From contig CAZSBL010000002.1 in assembly GCA_964605205.1 (NCBI GenBank), positions 7,932 to 71,931 on the forward strand: DNA of 64,000 nt, written 5' to 3'. This DNA is from an uncultured Gemmatimonadaceae bacterium. Its GTDB lineage: Bacteria > Gemmatimonadota > Gemmatimonadetes > Longimicrobiales > RSA9. A program made the translations under genes and the position numbers. The notes beneath the pieces were generated by a model, which worked only from the letters and a program-made list of their open reading frames with translations, made no database searches and was not told the origin of the DNA. Each line of letters begins with the position of its first letter. Within the stretch, counting starts at the first letter, position 1. Below, piece by piece: positions 28,497 through 36,923 of this stretch.

Positions 28497-28964
28497 GTGA
28501 GGATCGGGCTCATCAGCGACACGCACGGCAGGCTCCGCAACCAGGTATTCGACGTGTTCGAGGGCGTGGATCGCATCCTCCACGCCGGAGACATCGGCCC
28601 CTTCGATCTGCTGGTGGAGCTGGAGGCCGTGGCCCCGGTGACCGCGGTCTTCGGCAACACCGACGGCTTCGATGTGCGGGAGCGGGTGGCGGAGGTGGCC
28701 ACCCTCGAGGCCGGGGGGCGTACCATCGCGGTGATCCACGGGCACCAGCTCGGCTCGCCGCAGCCGGAAGGGCTCCGGGCCGCACTCCCCGACGCCGGGG
28801 TCATCGTCTACGGCCACACCCACCGGCCGCTGGTGGACCGAGGCGGCGCGCTGGTCATCAACCCCGGCTCCGCCGGCGCCGCCCGGTTCGGACTCGACCC
28901 CTCGGTGGCGATCCTGACGCTCGCGGATGACGGACCCCACGTGGAGCTGATCGACCTGACCTAG
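28497..28964 (+). CDS. YfcE/MJ0936-type metallophosphoesterase
   Basis: The motifs RIGLISDTHG...ILHAGDI...FGNTDG...VIHGHQ...YGHTHRP are present. Confidence 0.85.
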   Translation: MRIGLISDTHGRLRNQVFDVFEGVDRILHAGDIGPFDLLVELEAVAPVTAVFGNTDGFDVRERVAEVATLEAGGRTIAVIHGHQLGSPQPEGLRAALPDAGVIVYGHTHRPLVDRGGALVINPGSAGAARFGLDPSVAILTLADDGPHVELIDLT

Positions 28965-29022
28965 GCCGCGAGGCGGAAGCCAACCCCGACGAGCCGAAAA
29001 CCGCCGGGTGGGTGGGGCCGCG

Positions 29023-30090
29023 CTACACGGCCTTCAGCCGCCCGCGCTCCTCAGGGTTGCGCCGGAACCACCGCTCCACCAGGAGCTGCTCCGCCACGCC
29101 GTCGGCCCCGACCCGGGGGATCGATGAGGGTGGGGACCCCAGGACCCGGTCTATGACCCGGTGCGCTTCCCGCCGCTCGCGGCGGTCCCGGGGGATCGGC
29201 AGCTCGCCCCGGACCACCCCGCGGTGGAGGAGGTAGAGCCGGTCGTCGCCGTCGTGGCCGGGCACCCGGTACACCGCGCTCAGGCGCTCCAGCGCCCGTT
29301 CCATCCGCAGCAGCGACGCGCGGACCCCCTCGAGGAGGGTGATCCGCTCCTGGACCACCGCGGCGTACTCGAAGAGCCAGCGCTCGACCGCGGTCCGGAG
29401 GTGGGCCCGAAGACGAGCCAGCGGCTCGTCGGTCTGGCCCCGCAGGAACGCCCGCGCCACCTCCAGCCGGTCGGCGTAGCCCCGTTCCGTGCACCCGGCC
29501 GCGCACGGCGCCAGGCACCGCTCGAAATCTGCCCGGGCGCACAGTGGCGTGAGCTCGGCGCCGAACAGCTCCTGCTGGTCGGCCAGACGCATCGGCGTGG
29601 TGGACGGACACGACCGGAGCTGCAGGATGTCCACCAGCACCCGGACGGCGTCGCGGACTCGCTCGGCGCCCAGGAGCGGCCCGAAGTACTCCGAGCCGTC
29701 GTCGATGGGGCGAGTGGTGGACACCACCCGCGCCACCGGCTCGCCCGGGATCCGGATGAAGCAGGTGGCACGCTCCTTCTTGTGCTGCACGTTGAACGGC
29801 GGCCGCAGATCCCGGATCTGCCGGAACTCCCGCAGCAGCGCGGCGAACTCGTTCGGCAGCTCGTCCCACTCCACCCGCTCGGTGAAGCCCAGGATCTCCG
29901 CGGGCTTCTCGCCCGGGTCGGCCCGGAAATACGAAAGCAGCCGGGTCCGGACCCGGATCGACTTGCCCACGTACAGGACCTGCGCGGCCGGGCCGATCAT
30001 GCGGTAGACCCCCGGCCGGTTCTCCGCGTTGGCCCGCACGTACCGGCGGAGCGGATGCTCGGTCTGCTCGCTGCTCGCGGTGGAAGACAT
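29023..30090 (-). CDS. GIY-YIG nuclease homologous to the N-terminal half of UvrC (Cho-like excinuclease)
   Basis: The GIY-YIG motif reads PGVYRMIGPAAQVLYVGKSIRVRTRLLSYF...EWDELPNEFAALLREFRQIRDLRPPFN. It is followed by a Cys-rich UvrC-like region and a UVR-like helix (LFEYAAVVQERITLLEG). No RNase H-like or HhH C-terminal half is present. Confidence 0.75.
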   Translation of the reverse strand: MSSTASSEQTEHPLRRYVRANAENRPGVYRMIGPAAQVLYVGKSIRVRTRLLSYFRADPGEKPAEILGFTERVEWDELPNEFAALLREFRQIRDLRPPFNVQHKKERATCFIRIPGEPVARVVSTTRPIDDGSEYFGPLLGAERVRDAVRVLVDILQLRSCPSTTPMRLADQQELFGAELTPLCARADFERCLAPCAAGCTERGYADRLEVARAFLRGQTDEPLARLRAHLRTAVERWLFEYAAVVQERITLLEGVRASLLRMERALERLSAVYRVPGHDGDDRLYLLHRGVVRGELPIPRDRRERREAHRVIDRVLGSPPSSIPRVGADGVAEQLLVERWFRRNPEERGRLKAV

Positions 30091-30244
30091 GGGACGGGGA
30101 ATATCGGTCTTCGGGGTTTGTTCGGCAACCGGTCGAGCGCGGCGAGAAGGGCACCCGTCCGGGAGTGGGGGCTACCCGTGGGCGGGACCGGGGCCTTACC
30201 TTTGACGCGGCGACAGCGAGTGGACGGGAGTCGGAGGGTACGGG

Positions 30245-30538
30245 GTGGCGAAGAACCGGAGCGTGTTCAGGAGCCTGGTGGCGGGGGCGTTGATCGGGTT
30301 CGCGGATGCGGTACCGATGGATGCGGCGCGTCTTCAGCGGCCGCTGGAGGTGGTGTGGCGGGATGATCGGGATCTGCCGGACCCGCTGGACGGGGTCCCG
30401 CTGACGATCCTGGACCCGGTACCGCTGGGCCGGGGCTCGCGGGACACGCGCCGCTCGGTGGGCCGCACGCTGCGGCTCACGCTGTCGCATCCCTTCCGGC
30501 TGCTCCAGCGTCTGCGGAGCCACCTGAGCGTGGATTGA
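30245..30538 (+). CDS. Possible small hypothetical protein (97 aa)
   Basis: The RBS ggaggg lies 6 nt before the GTG, and G/C third-position bias is strong throughout. No family was recognised. It overlaps the 3' end of the convergent cupin ORF by 62 nt, so one of the two calls may be wrong at that end. Confidence 0.35.
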   Translation: MAKNRSVFRSLVAGALIGFADAVPMDAARLQRPLEVVWRDDRDLPDPLDGVPLTILDPVPLGRGSRDTRRSVGRTLRLTLSHPFRLLQRLRSHLSVD

Positions 30539-30911
30539 TCAACACCACCCTCTCGACGTCCGGGTGCTCCGGGTCGTGGGGGTGGTCCTTGAAGGCCACG
30601 ATGACCTGGGGCCGCTCGCCGGTGTTGAGGACGGCATGGGGCACGCCCGGCGGGAACCGGAACGCCATGGCCTGGCCGCTCTCGACGGCCACATCCCGAT
30701 CTTCGTCGCTCTCGCGGTAGCGGACCAGGGCGGGGCCCCGGACCGTGAGGACTTCGGTGTCGCGGTGGTGGACGTGGTTTCCGCGCACGTGCCCCGGCTC
30801 GGTGATGACCACGTGGACATTACGCTGCCCGGGAAGCGCTTCGGGCCCGAGGGGCTCGTAGGCGGCGCCACGCTCGTCGCGAAACTGATCCAGCCGTGTG
30901 ATCTCTACCAT
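30477..30911 (-). CDS. Cupin-fold protein (sugar epimerase / WxcM C-terminal-like)
   Basis: The sequence FRDERGAAYEP...HVRGNHVHHRDTEVLTVRGPALVRY...PPGVPHAVLNTGE has a cupin two-His motif architecture. Confidence 0.7.
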   Translation of the reverse strand: MVEITRLDQFRDERGAAYEPLGPEALPGQRNVHVVITEPGHVRGNHVHHRDTEVLTVRGPALVRYRESDEDRDVAVESGQAMAFRFPPGVPHAVLNTGERPQVIVAFKDHPHDPEHPDVERVVLINPRSGGSADAGAAGRDATA

Positions 30912-30929
30912 GTTCTCTTCTGTGTTGGG

Positions 30930-31318
30930 TCTTCGACATCTAGAGTGGGTGAAACGTAGACAGGGTCGGCTCTCGGGGGCACGGGCGGGGCGACCGCCCG
31001 GTCAACCGCGGAGGCGCGAAGACGCGGAGCAAACGCGGAGTGTTTTCTGTCTTTTCCGGTGAGGCGGCGCGGCCGGCGGTGGGGCAGCATGCCGGCGAGG
31101 CCGCCGTTCCGGGGGAGAGAGCTCCCGACGGCCGGTGTGGGTGGAACCGACCCCGGTCTCCGTGATGCCAACGCAAAGCTAAGCTTGCGTCTTCCGCCGC
31201 CCAGCCTGCCCTGCCCGGATCAAACAAAACAAGAAGTTCTCCGCGAGTGCTCCGTGCCGCCGTGTCTCCGCGGTTAACGGTGCCTCCGGAGTGCACCACC
31301 CACTCGAAATGTCGAAGA
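30930..31318 (+). repeat. MITE-like inverted-repeat element, copy 2, with complete 22-bp outer terminal inverted repeats
   Basis: The outer TIRs are tcttcgacatctagagtgggtg (30930-30951) and cacccactcgaaatgtcgaaga (31297-31318), with 20 of 22 positions complementary. The core 30997-31323 is homologous to 21127-21446. No ORF with coding bias is present. Confidence 0.75.
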
Positions 31319-31328
31319 GTCTCTGTGT

Positions 31329-32144
31329 TCAACTCTGGCATTCGGGGCAGTAGAACGCGCTCCGGTTGCTCAGCACGGTGCGCTTGATGGCGGTGCCGCA
31401 GACGCTGCACGGCTCGCCCTCGCGGCCGTAGACCCGGAGCAGGGGCTCGAACCCACCGGCCTCCCCGCTGGCGTCCCGGTAGTCGGAGAAGGTGGTGCCG
31501 CGGTGCTCGATGGCCCGGGCCAGGACGTCCCGGATCGCGTCCCGGAGCCGGGCGGCCTCCTGGCGGGTGATCCGCCTTCCCCTGCGGGTGGGTCGGATCC
31601 CGGCCCGGAAGAGGGCTTCCAGCGCGTAGATGTTGCCGACCCCGGCCACGCGGTACTGGTTCAGGAGGAAGTTCCGGACCGGGGTGCGTGTGGCCTTCGT
31701 GAGGGCCCAGAGCGCGTCGGTGGTGAAGGCTTCGGAGAGGGGCTCGATCCCGAGCTCCGCGCTCCGCCGCCGCCACGCCTCGGGGCCGTGGAGGTGAAGC
31801 AGGCCGAAGCGGCGCGTATCGTCGTAGAGGAGATCGCCGCGGTCGAGGTGGAAGGCCACCGCCACGTGGGCCAGCTCGTCGGCGCGCGGGGCATCACCGG
31901 TGACGAGGCGACCGGTCATCCCGAGATTGACCACGAGCCGCGTGGCGTCTTCGAAGCGGATGACCACGTTCTTCCCCCGGCGTCCCACGCCCTCGATCCG
32001 TGCCCCCGAGACCGTACCGACGAAGACGGCGGGATCGCCGTGGATGACGTCGTCATGGGTGACGGATACGCCGGTGACCCGGCGCCCCGCGAGGCGGGAG
32101 TCGAGGTCGCGGGCGATGGTCTCGACCTCGGGCAGCTCGGGCAT
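31329..32144 (-). CDS. mutM: Formamidopyrimidine-DNA glycosylase
   Basis: The N-terminus is MPELPEVETIARDL. The H2TH motif and a C-terminal zinc finger (CSVCGTAIKRTVLSNRSAFYCPECQ) are present. Confidence 0.92.
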   Translation of the reverse strand: MPELPEVETIARDLDSRLAGRRVTGVSVTHDDVIHGDPAVFVGTVSGARIEGVGRRGKNVVIRFEDATRLVVNLGMTGRLVTGDAPRADELAHVAVAFHLDRGDLLYDDTRRFGLLHLHGPEAWRRRSAELGIEPLSEAFTTDALWALTKATRTPVRNFLLNQYRVAGVGNIYALEALFRAGIRPTRRGRRITRQEAARLRDAIRDVLARAIEHRGTTFSDYRDASGEAGGFEPLLRVYGREGEPCSVCGTAIKRTVLSNRSAFYCPECQS

Positions 32145-32146
32145 CC

Positions 32147-33532
32147 TCAGAACCGGTAGCGGAGGGCGAACAGCGTCCGGGGGAGGCCGCCATCGGGTCG
32201 GAGGCTGGGCGCGAGGGTCATGAGCGCTCCGGGATCGAGCTGGAGCTCGACCCGGCGGTCGCTGCCGTGGCCGTCGCTGCCGCCGCCGTCGCCATCGGCC
32301 CGGTCCCGGGCATTGTCGGCGAGGGCGTTGAAGACGATCCCGAATCCCAGGTCCGCGCCGATGGCGCCGAGGGTGAAGAGGAGGGTGGCATCCGGGTCGT
32401 CGGGGCCCGCGAGCACGCCCACGCCCATCCCCAGCAGTCCGCCCGCCGCGGCGCCCAGCTCCACCAGGATCCCCTCGCCGACGGTGAAGTCGTGATCGGG
32501 GAGGAGGCGGTGGGCGGCCCAGGTCCCGCCGACGGAGCCGGCCAGGAGGAGCCCGCCGAGGATCCGCATATCGTCGTCGTCCGGGTTGTCCCCATACAGC
32601 CAGTCGAAGACCACGGCGCCGTGGGCTGCGCCGAGGAGATAGGCCGCGCGGTGGATCTCGGCGTCGCCCCAGGTGAAGTCGAGAGACGGGGCGAGCCAGG
32701 TGCCGGTGGCTATCCCGGCCGCCGTGCCGGCCAGGAGGCTGCCGGAGACCACCCGGTCGTCGGACGGCTGCGCCACGAGCATGAGCTGGCCGGCGGCGCC
32801 GGCGCCGAAGTCGCCGAAGTTGCCGATGGTGTGGGCCTCGCCGGCCGACATCCCGGTGCGTCGGGCCCAGGTGTAGCCGATGAGCCCCTCGCCGAGGCTC
32901 ACGGCCACGGCGGTGCCCACGGAGGCCCGGAAGCTGGGCTGGTCGGCCACGGTGTTGGCGAGGTACGTCCCGTGGCTCAGCCCCCGGGTGGCCCCCCAGA
33001 ACCCGGCGTTGGCCATGCCGTACGTCACCGGGCGGGTCCGGGTATAGAGGTAGGGGATCACGAAGCTGGCGCCGGCGGTGAGCATGTACGTGGCGAGGGC
33101 GCCGCGCCCGGAGTCGATCTCGAGCACGGCGGGCAGCGCCCAGCCGTAGTATCCGAGGCCGAGGGTGGTCGTAGTGCCCAGGAGGAGGTACCGGCCGTCC
33201 TGGTTCAGGGCCTCCTCGGCCCCGCTTCGGGCGAGGGCTCGGCTGACCCGTGCCCGGAGATCGCGGACCTCGGCGGCGGTCAAGGGCACCCGGAACCGGG
33301 CGGCGCGGCCGTCGCGCTCGAACGAGATCTCGAGGACGAAGCCGTCCTCAGCTTCGAAGAGCCGGACTCGCCGCAGCTCGGGGTAGTCCTGGACGAACAG
33401 GCCGAGGGTGCGGGCGAGGCCGCGCTCGATGGTCAGGTATCGGCCATCCTGGTCCAGCGGCACCTGGACTTCCTGCGCGGTGACGGCGGCCGGCAGCAGC
33501 AGGGCGGCGATGAGGAGCAGTCGCGTTCTCAC
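32147..33532 (-). CDS. Hypothetical Gly-rich polytopic membrane protein with an N-terminal secreted domain
   Basis: A signal peptide MRTRLLLIAALLLPAAVTAQ is followed by a soluble domain of about 110 aa and then about 10 glycine-zipper-like hydrophobic segments. The protein ends in ALRYRF. Confidence 0.6.
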   Translation of the reverse strand: MRTRLLLIAALLLPAAVTAQEVQVPLDQDGRYLTIERGLARTLGLFVQDYPELRRVRLFEAEDGFVLEISFERDGRAARFRVPLTAAEVRDLRARVSRALARSGAEEALNQDGRYLLLGTTTTLGLGYYGWALPAVLEIDSGRGALATYMLTAGASFVIPYLYTRTRPVTYGMANAGFWGATRGLSHGTYLANTVADQPSFRASVGTAVAVSLGEGLIGYTWARRTGMSAGEAHTIGNFGDFGAGAAGQLMLVAQPSDDRVVSGSLLAGTAAGIATGTWLAPSLDFTWGDAEIHRAAYLLGAAHGAVVFDWLYGDNPDDDDMRILGGLLLAGSVGGTWAAHRLLPDHDFTVGEGILVELGAAAGGLLGMGVGVLAGPDDPDATLLFTLGAIGADLGFGIVFNALADNARDRADGDGGGSDGHGSDRRVELQLDPGALMTLAPSLRPDGGLPRTLFALRYRF

Positions 33533-34806
33533 ACGCGATCCAGCTCGCGCCAGCCGATGTCGCTCCGGAACTGGCGGCCCTCGAAGGTGATCCGCCCGGC
33601 GGCCTCCCGGCTCGCCGTGGCGGCGGCGTCGAAGTCGTCGCCGAGGCCGGTGACGCCGAGAACGCGCCCGCCGGCGGTTACCAGCTGGCCGTTCCTGCGG
33701 GCGGTGCCGGCGTGGAAGACCAGCACACCGTCCGACGTTTCGAGGCCGTCGGGGATCTGGATGACCTTGCCCTTCTCATAGCTGCCGGGATAGCCGCCGG
33801 AGGCGAGAACGGTGGTCACGGCGGCGCCGGACCGCCAGTCGAGGGCGATGTCCTTGACGGAGCTGCCCCGTGCGATGGCCTGCATGGGCTCGAGGAGCGA
33901 CGAGGACAGGAGCGGGAGGACGGCCTGGGTCTCCGGGTCGCCGAACCGGCAGTTGAATTCCACCACCTTCAGCCCGTCGTCGGTGAGCATGAGCCCCGCG
34001 TAGAGGAGGCCGCGGAAGGTGCGCTCCCGGCGGCGGAGCTCGTCGAGGGTCGGGAGGAGGATGTCTTCGCGAACGCTGTCGAGGAGCGCCGCATCCACGA
34101 TGGAGACGGGTGAGTACGCGCCCATCCCGCCGGTGTTCGGGCCGGTGTCTCCCTCGCCGATCTGCTTGTGGTCCTGCGACGGCTGGAGCAGGACGACGTC
34201 CTTCCCGTCGGTCAGGGCGAAGACGCTGAGCTCCTCGCCGGTCATGCACTCCTCGACGACGACGGTGGAGCCGGCCTCGCCGAAGTCGCGGTCCTCGAGC
34301 ATCCCTTTCGCGGCCTCCACGGCGTGCTCGACGCTCTCGCAGACGATGGCGCCCTTGCCCGCGGCGAGCCCCGAGGCCTTGACCACGATGGGCGCGCCCT
34401 GCTCACGGACGTACGCCGCGGCCTGGTCGGCGTCGGTGAAGGTCCGGTACCCTGCGGTGGGGACGCCGGCCTGCTGCATGACGTCCTTCGCGAACGCCTT
34501 CGACGACTCGATCTGCGCCGCCGCCGCCGTGGGTCCGAAGGCGGGCACGCCCCGCTCGTGGAGGGCGTCGACCAGCCCCGCGGCCAGCGGCACCTCGGGG
34601 CCCACGACCACCAGCTCCACGTCTTCGGTGTCGGCCCACTGGGCCACCGCGTTCACGTCGGCCGGATCGATGGAGACGGACTTGGCGAGGGCGTGGGTCC
34701 CGCCGTTGCCGTTGGTGATGTGGAAGTCCGCGGAGGGCGCGTCACGTTCGAGCTTCCAGAGGAGGGCGTGCTCCCGGCCCCCGCTGCCGACGATGAGGAT
34801 GCGCAT
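33529..34806 (-). CDS. purD: Phosphoribosylamine--glycine ligase
   Basis: The sequence MRILIVGSGGREHALLWKL... and the ATP-grasp core (VVKASGLAAGKG, EFNCRFGDPETQ) are present. Confidence 0.95.
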   Translation of the reverse strand: MRILIVGSGGREHALLWKLERDAPSADFHITNGNGGTHALAKSVSIDPADVNAVAQWADTEDVELVVVGPEVPLAAGLVDALHERGVPAFGPTAAAAQIESSKAFAKDVMQQAGVPTAGYRTFTDADQAAAYVREQGAPIVVKASGLAAGKGAIVCESVEHAVEAAKGMLEDRDFGEAGSTVVVEECMTGEELSVFALTDGKDVVLLQPSQDHKQIGEGDTGPNTGGMGAYSPVSIVDAALLDSVREDILLPTLDELRRRERTFRGLLYAGLMLTDDGLKVVEFNCRFGDPETQAVLPLLSSSLLEPMQAIARGSSVKDIALDWRSGAAVTTVLASGGYPGSYEKGKVIQIPDGLETSDGVLVFHAGTARRNGQLVTAGGRVLGVTGLGDDFDAAATASREAAGRITFEGRQFRSDIGWRELDRV

Positions 34807-34885
34807 ATCGTGATCCCTGTGCAGGTCTTGGCGACGGAACGCGGCTCAATATAGGGCGTGAACGGAATCACGCAGGGGGATGGTC

Positions 34886-35881
34886 CTACTGCGCACGGAA
34901 CGCGTCCTGGACCATCTGGCGGAGCCGGTCGGCGGCGTCGCGGGCGCCGGCGGCCACCTGGTCGAAGACCTCCTTGGCCTCCTGCTGGTACGACTTCGTG
35001 GCGGCCTTCAGGTCTTCGACGTACGGCTGGTCGGGCTCGCTGCGGCGCTGGTACTCGCCGCGCAGGATCCGGTCGTAGCTGCCGTCCTCGATCCAGTCGC
35101 GGAGCTCGGCGGCCCGGAGGGTGTGGAAGGGGTGGGTGGTGCCGAGGAGGTTCAGGACCTTGAAGACGGTCTCGGCCAGGTCACCCTGGGAGCGGTACTC
35201 GTCGGCCTGTTCGAGGAAGACGTTCAGGTCGGTCTCTTCCTTCGAGCCGCCGCCGGCCAGCTTGAGCGAGGTGCCGAGTGCGGCCTCGGGGTCCTGGACG
35301 GTGAGGAGCCCGGCCCGGTCGGCGCTGAGCTCCGCCTTCCGGCTCCACTCGAGGAGCCCGAGGAGCACGGCCCGTGCGGCGATCCCCACGATGGGGTAGC
35401 CGAGGTTGGCGAGCTGGAGCAGGATCACGAGCATGGTCCGGTAGAGGACGTGACCGCTCATTACGTGGCCGAGCTCGTGGCCCATGAGGAAGATCTGCTC
35501 GTCGGGGTCGAGGAGGGCGAGGGATCCGCTGTTCAGGACGATGAACGGCCTGTCCATCCCGTAGGCGCCGGCGTTGACGATGGGCGTCTGGGAGACGAAG
35601 AGCGGGTAGTGGTGGTCGGCGTCCATGGTCTCCAGCACGTGCTGGTAGCGTGCGTGGAGGTCGGGGAACTGCTTCGGGCCGACCCGGACGGCGTTGGCCT
35701 GGAAGGCCAGGCGGACCGGCTTCTCGCCGAAGAACCCGAAGAGCCGCTTGAGGACCTCATCGAAGGCGGGGATCCGGCGCAGTGCGGCCAGCGCCGCCCG
35801 GTCGGCAGGGTGCTCCCACGTAGCCGCGCCGATGTCCGTCAGGATGACGCGCTTGTGCTCCTGGATCTCGCCGTCCGCCAT
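34886..35881 (-). CDS. M48 family zinc metallopeptidase
   Basis: The HExxH motif lies in FLMGHELGHVMSGHVLYRT. A downstream Glu ligand region is also present. Confidence 0.85.
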   Translation of the reverse strand: MADGEIQEHKRVILTDIGAATWEHPADRAALAALRRIPAFDEVLKRLFGFFGEKPVRLAFQANAVRVGPKQFPDLHARYQHVLETMDADHHYPLFVSQTPIVNAGAYGMDRPFIVLNSGSLALLDPDEQIFLMGHELGHVMSGHVLYRTMLVILLQLANLGYPIVGIAARAVLLGLLEWSRKAELSADRAGLLTVQDPEAALGTSLKLAGGGSKEETDLNVFLEQADEYRSQGDLAETVFKVLNLLGTTHPFHTLRAAELRDWIEDGSYDRILRGEYQRRSEPDQPYVEDLKAATKSYQQEAKEVFDQVAAGARDAADRLRQMVQDAFRAQ

Positions 35882-35927
35882 GATTGGTACCCTTCCGTGC
35901 TGTGTGAGGCTGCCGCTCGTGGCGACC

Positions 35928-36923
35928 CTACGGGTGCGGTGGACCGCCGGTTTCGGCCCCCTGCGCCGGTACCGTGTCGCCCTCGAGCTCGGGCACGGTG
36001 TCGGCCTCGCTGCCGACGGGGACCGGCTCGCCCGGGGGCGGCGGGTCGAGGCCGGGGGGCGGCTCCACGCCGCTCAGGATCCGGAGCGGCTTCTCGCTCA
36101 CCTCGCGCATGAAGTGGGTCAGCAGGATGGTGGTGGTGTCGAGGTGGGCCAGGATGCTGTAGATCTCGGGCTGCGTATGGGTCAGTGTGCCCCGGAGCTG
36201 GCCGACCAGCGCCCGGGAGTCGGAGAGGAGGAGCGACACCGAGTCGATGGTGGCCACGGCCGCGGGGCTCAACGTGTTCACCTGGCGCTGGATCTCGGCG
36301 GTCAGGGTGGCGGTGGCGTCGAGCTGGCCCTGGAGGTTGGCGACCAACGGCGGAATCAGCGCGGAAGTCTCCTCCAACGTGCGGTTCGCGGTGTTCACCG
36401 CGGCGCTGACGCTGTCCATTAGCTGCCGGGCGGAGACCATGGTGACCATGACCTCGGAGCTCAGCTCTTCGGTGATCCCCTGGACCTGTTCGAGAACGGC
36501 GGTGTTGCGGACGCCCGGGATGGTGCTGCCCGGTTCCACGGTACCGGGGCGCCGATCGGGCGTCTCCAACAGGATGTAGCCGGCCCCGATGACCGGGGGC
36601 GGAACCAGCCGGGCGGTGGTCCCTTGCGGCAGGAGGAGCGAATCACCGGATGCCAGCTGGGCGTCGATATCGAGCTGGACCCGGAAGCGAAGGTCGCCAT
36701 CGGTGGTGATGCGGGGCTCGATGGCGCCTACGCGTCCGACGGTGTGCCCGCGCAACAGGACGTTGGACTGGTTGTTCACACCGTCGATGCGGTCGAACTC
36801 GGTGTAGAGCGGGTACGTTCTACCCGCCACGGCCGGTGACAGCCACAGGAAGCTCCCCAGCAGGATGACCGCCGCCAGCACGACGACGGCGCCCACGGTC
36901 AGATCAGACGACTCCCACTTCAT
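35928..36923 (-). CDS. MlaD/MCE family substrate-binding protein
   Basis: An N-terminal TM segment is followed by the MCE domain YPLYTEFDRIDGVNNQSNVLLRGHTVGRVGAIEP. A long helical C-terminus follows. Confidence 0.8.
   Translation of the reverse strand: MKWESSDLTVGAVVVLAAVILLGSFLWLSPAVAGRTYPLYTEFDRIDGVNNQSNVLLRGHTVGRVGAIEPRITTDGDLRFRVQLDIDAQLASGDSLLLPQGTTARLVPPPVIGAGYILLETPDRRPGTVEPGSTIPGVRNTAVLEQVQGITEELSSEVMVTMVSARQLMDSVSAAVNTANRTLEETSALIPPLVANLQGQLDATATLTAEIQRQVNTLSPAAVATIDSVSLLLSDSRALVGQLRGTLTHTQPEIYSILAHLDTTTILLTHFMREVSEKPLRILSGVEPPPGLDPPPPGEPVPVGSEADTVPELEGDTVPAQGAETGGPPHP

Noticed and set aside
31225-31245. Resemblance of tttgatccgggcagggc (reverse strand of the repeat) and gaacgaacgtggccgtgcc (50306-50324) to the 16S rRNA 5' end (AGAGTTTGATCCTGGCTCAGAACGAACGCTGGCGGCGTGCC).
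   Set aside because: The matches are short and interrupted, they lie in different elements and orientations, and no further 16S sequence follows. This is most likely coincidence.
21127-31323. The idea that the two direct repeat copies flank a ~10-kb composite transposon or genomic island.
   Set aside because: The intervening genes are housekeeping or envelope genes (nfu, mrp, ECF operon, ubiE, cupin). They show the same codon bias as the flanks, and there is no transposase, integrase or tRNA. The repeats look like independently inserted small elements.
34807-34885. A partial inverted repeat (gtgatccctgtgcagg ... cacgcagggggatgg) between the M48 peptidase and purD genes, considered as a possible PurR-type operator.
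   Set aside because: The symmetry is imperfect and the sequence does not resemble any pur-box I know. This evidence is too weak to support a regulatory call.
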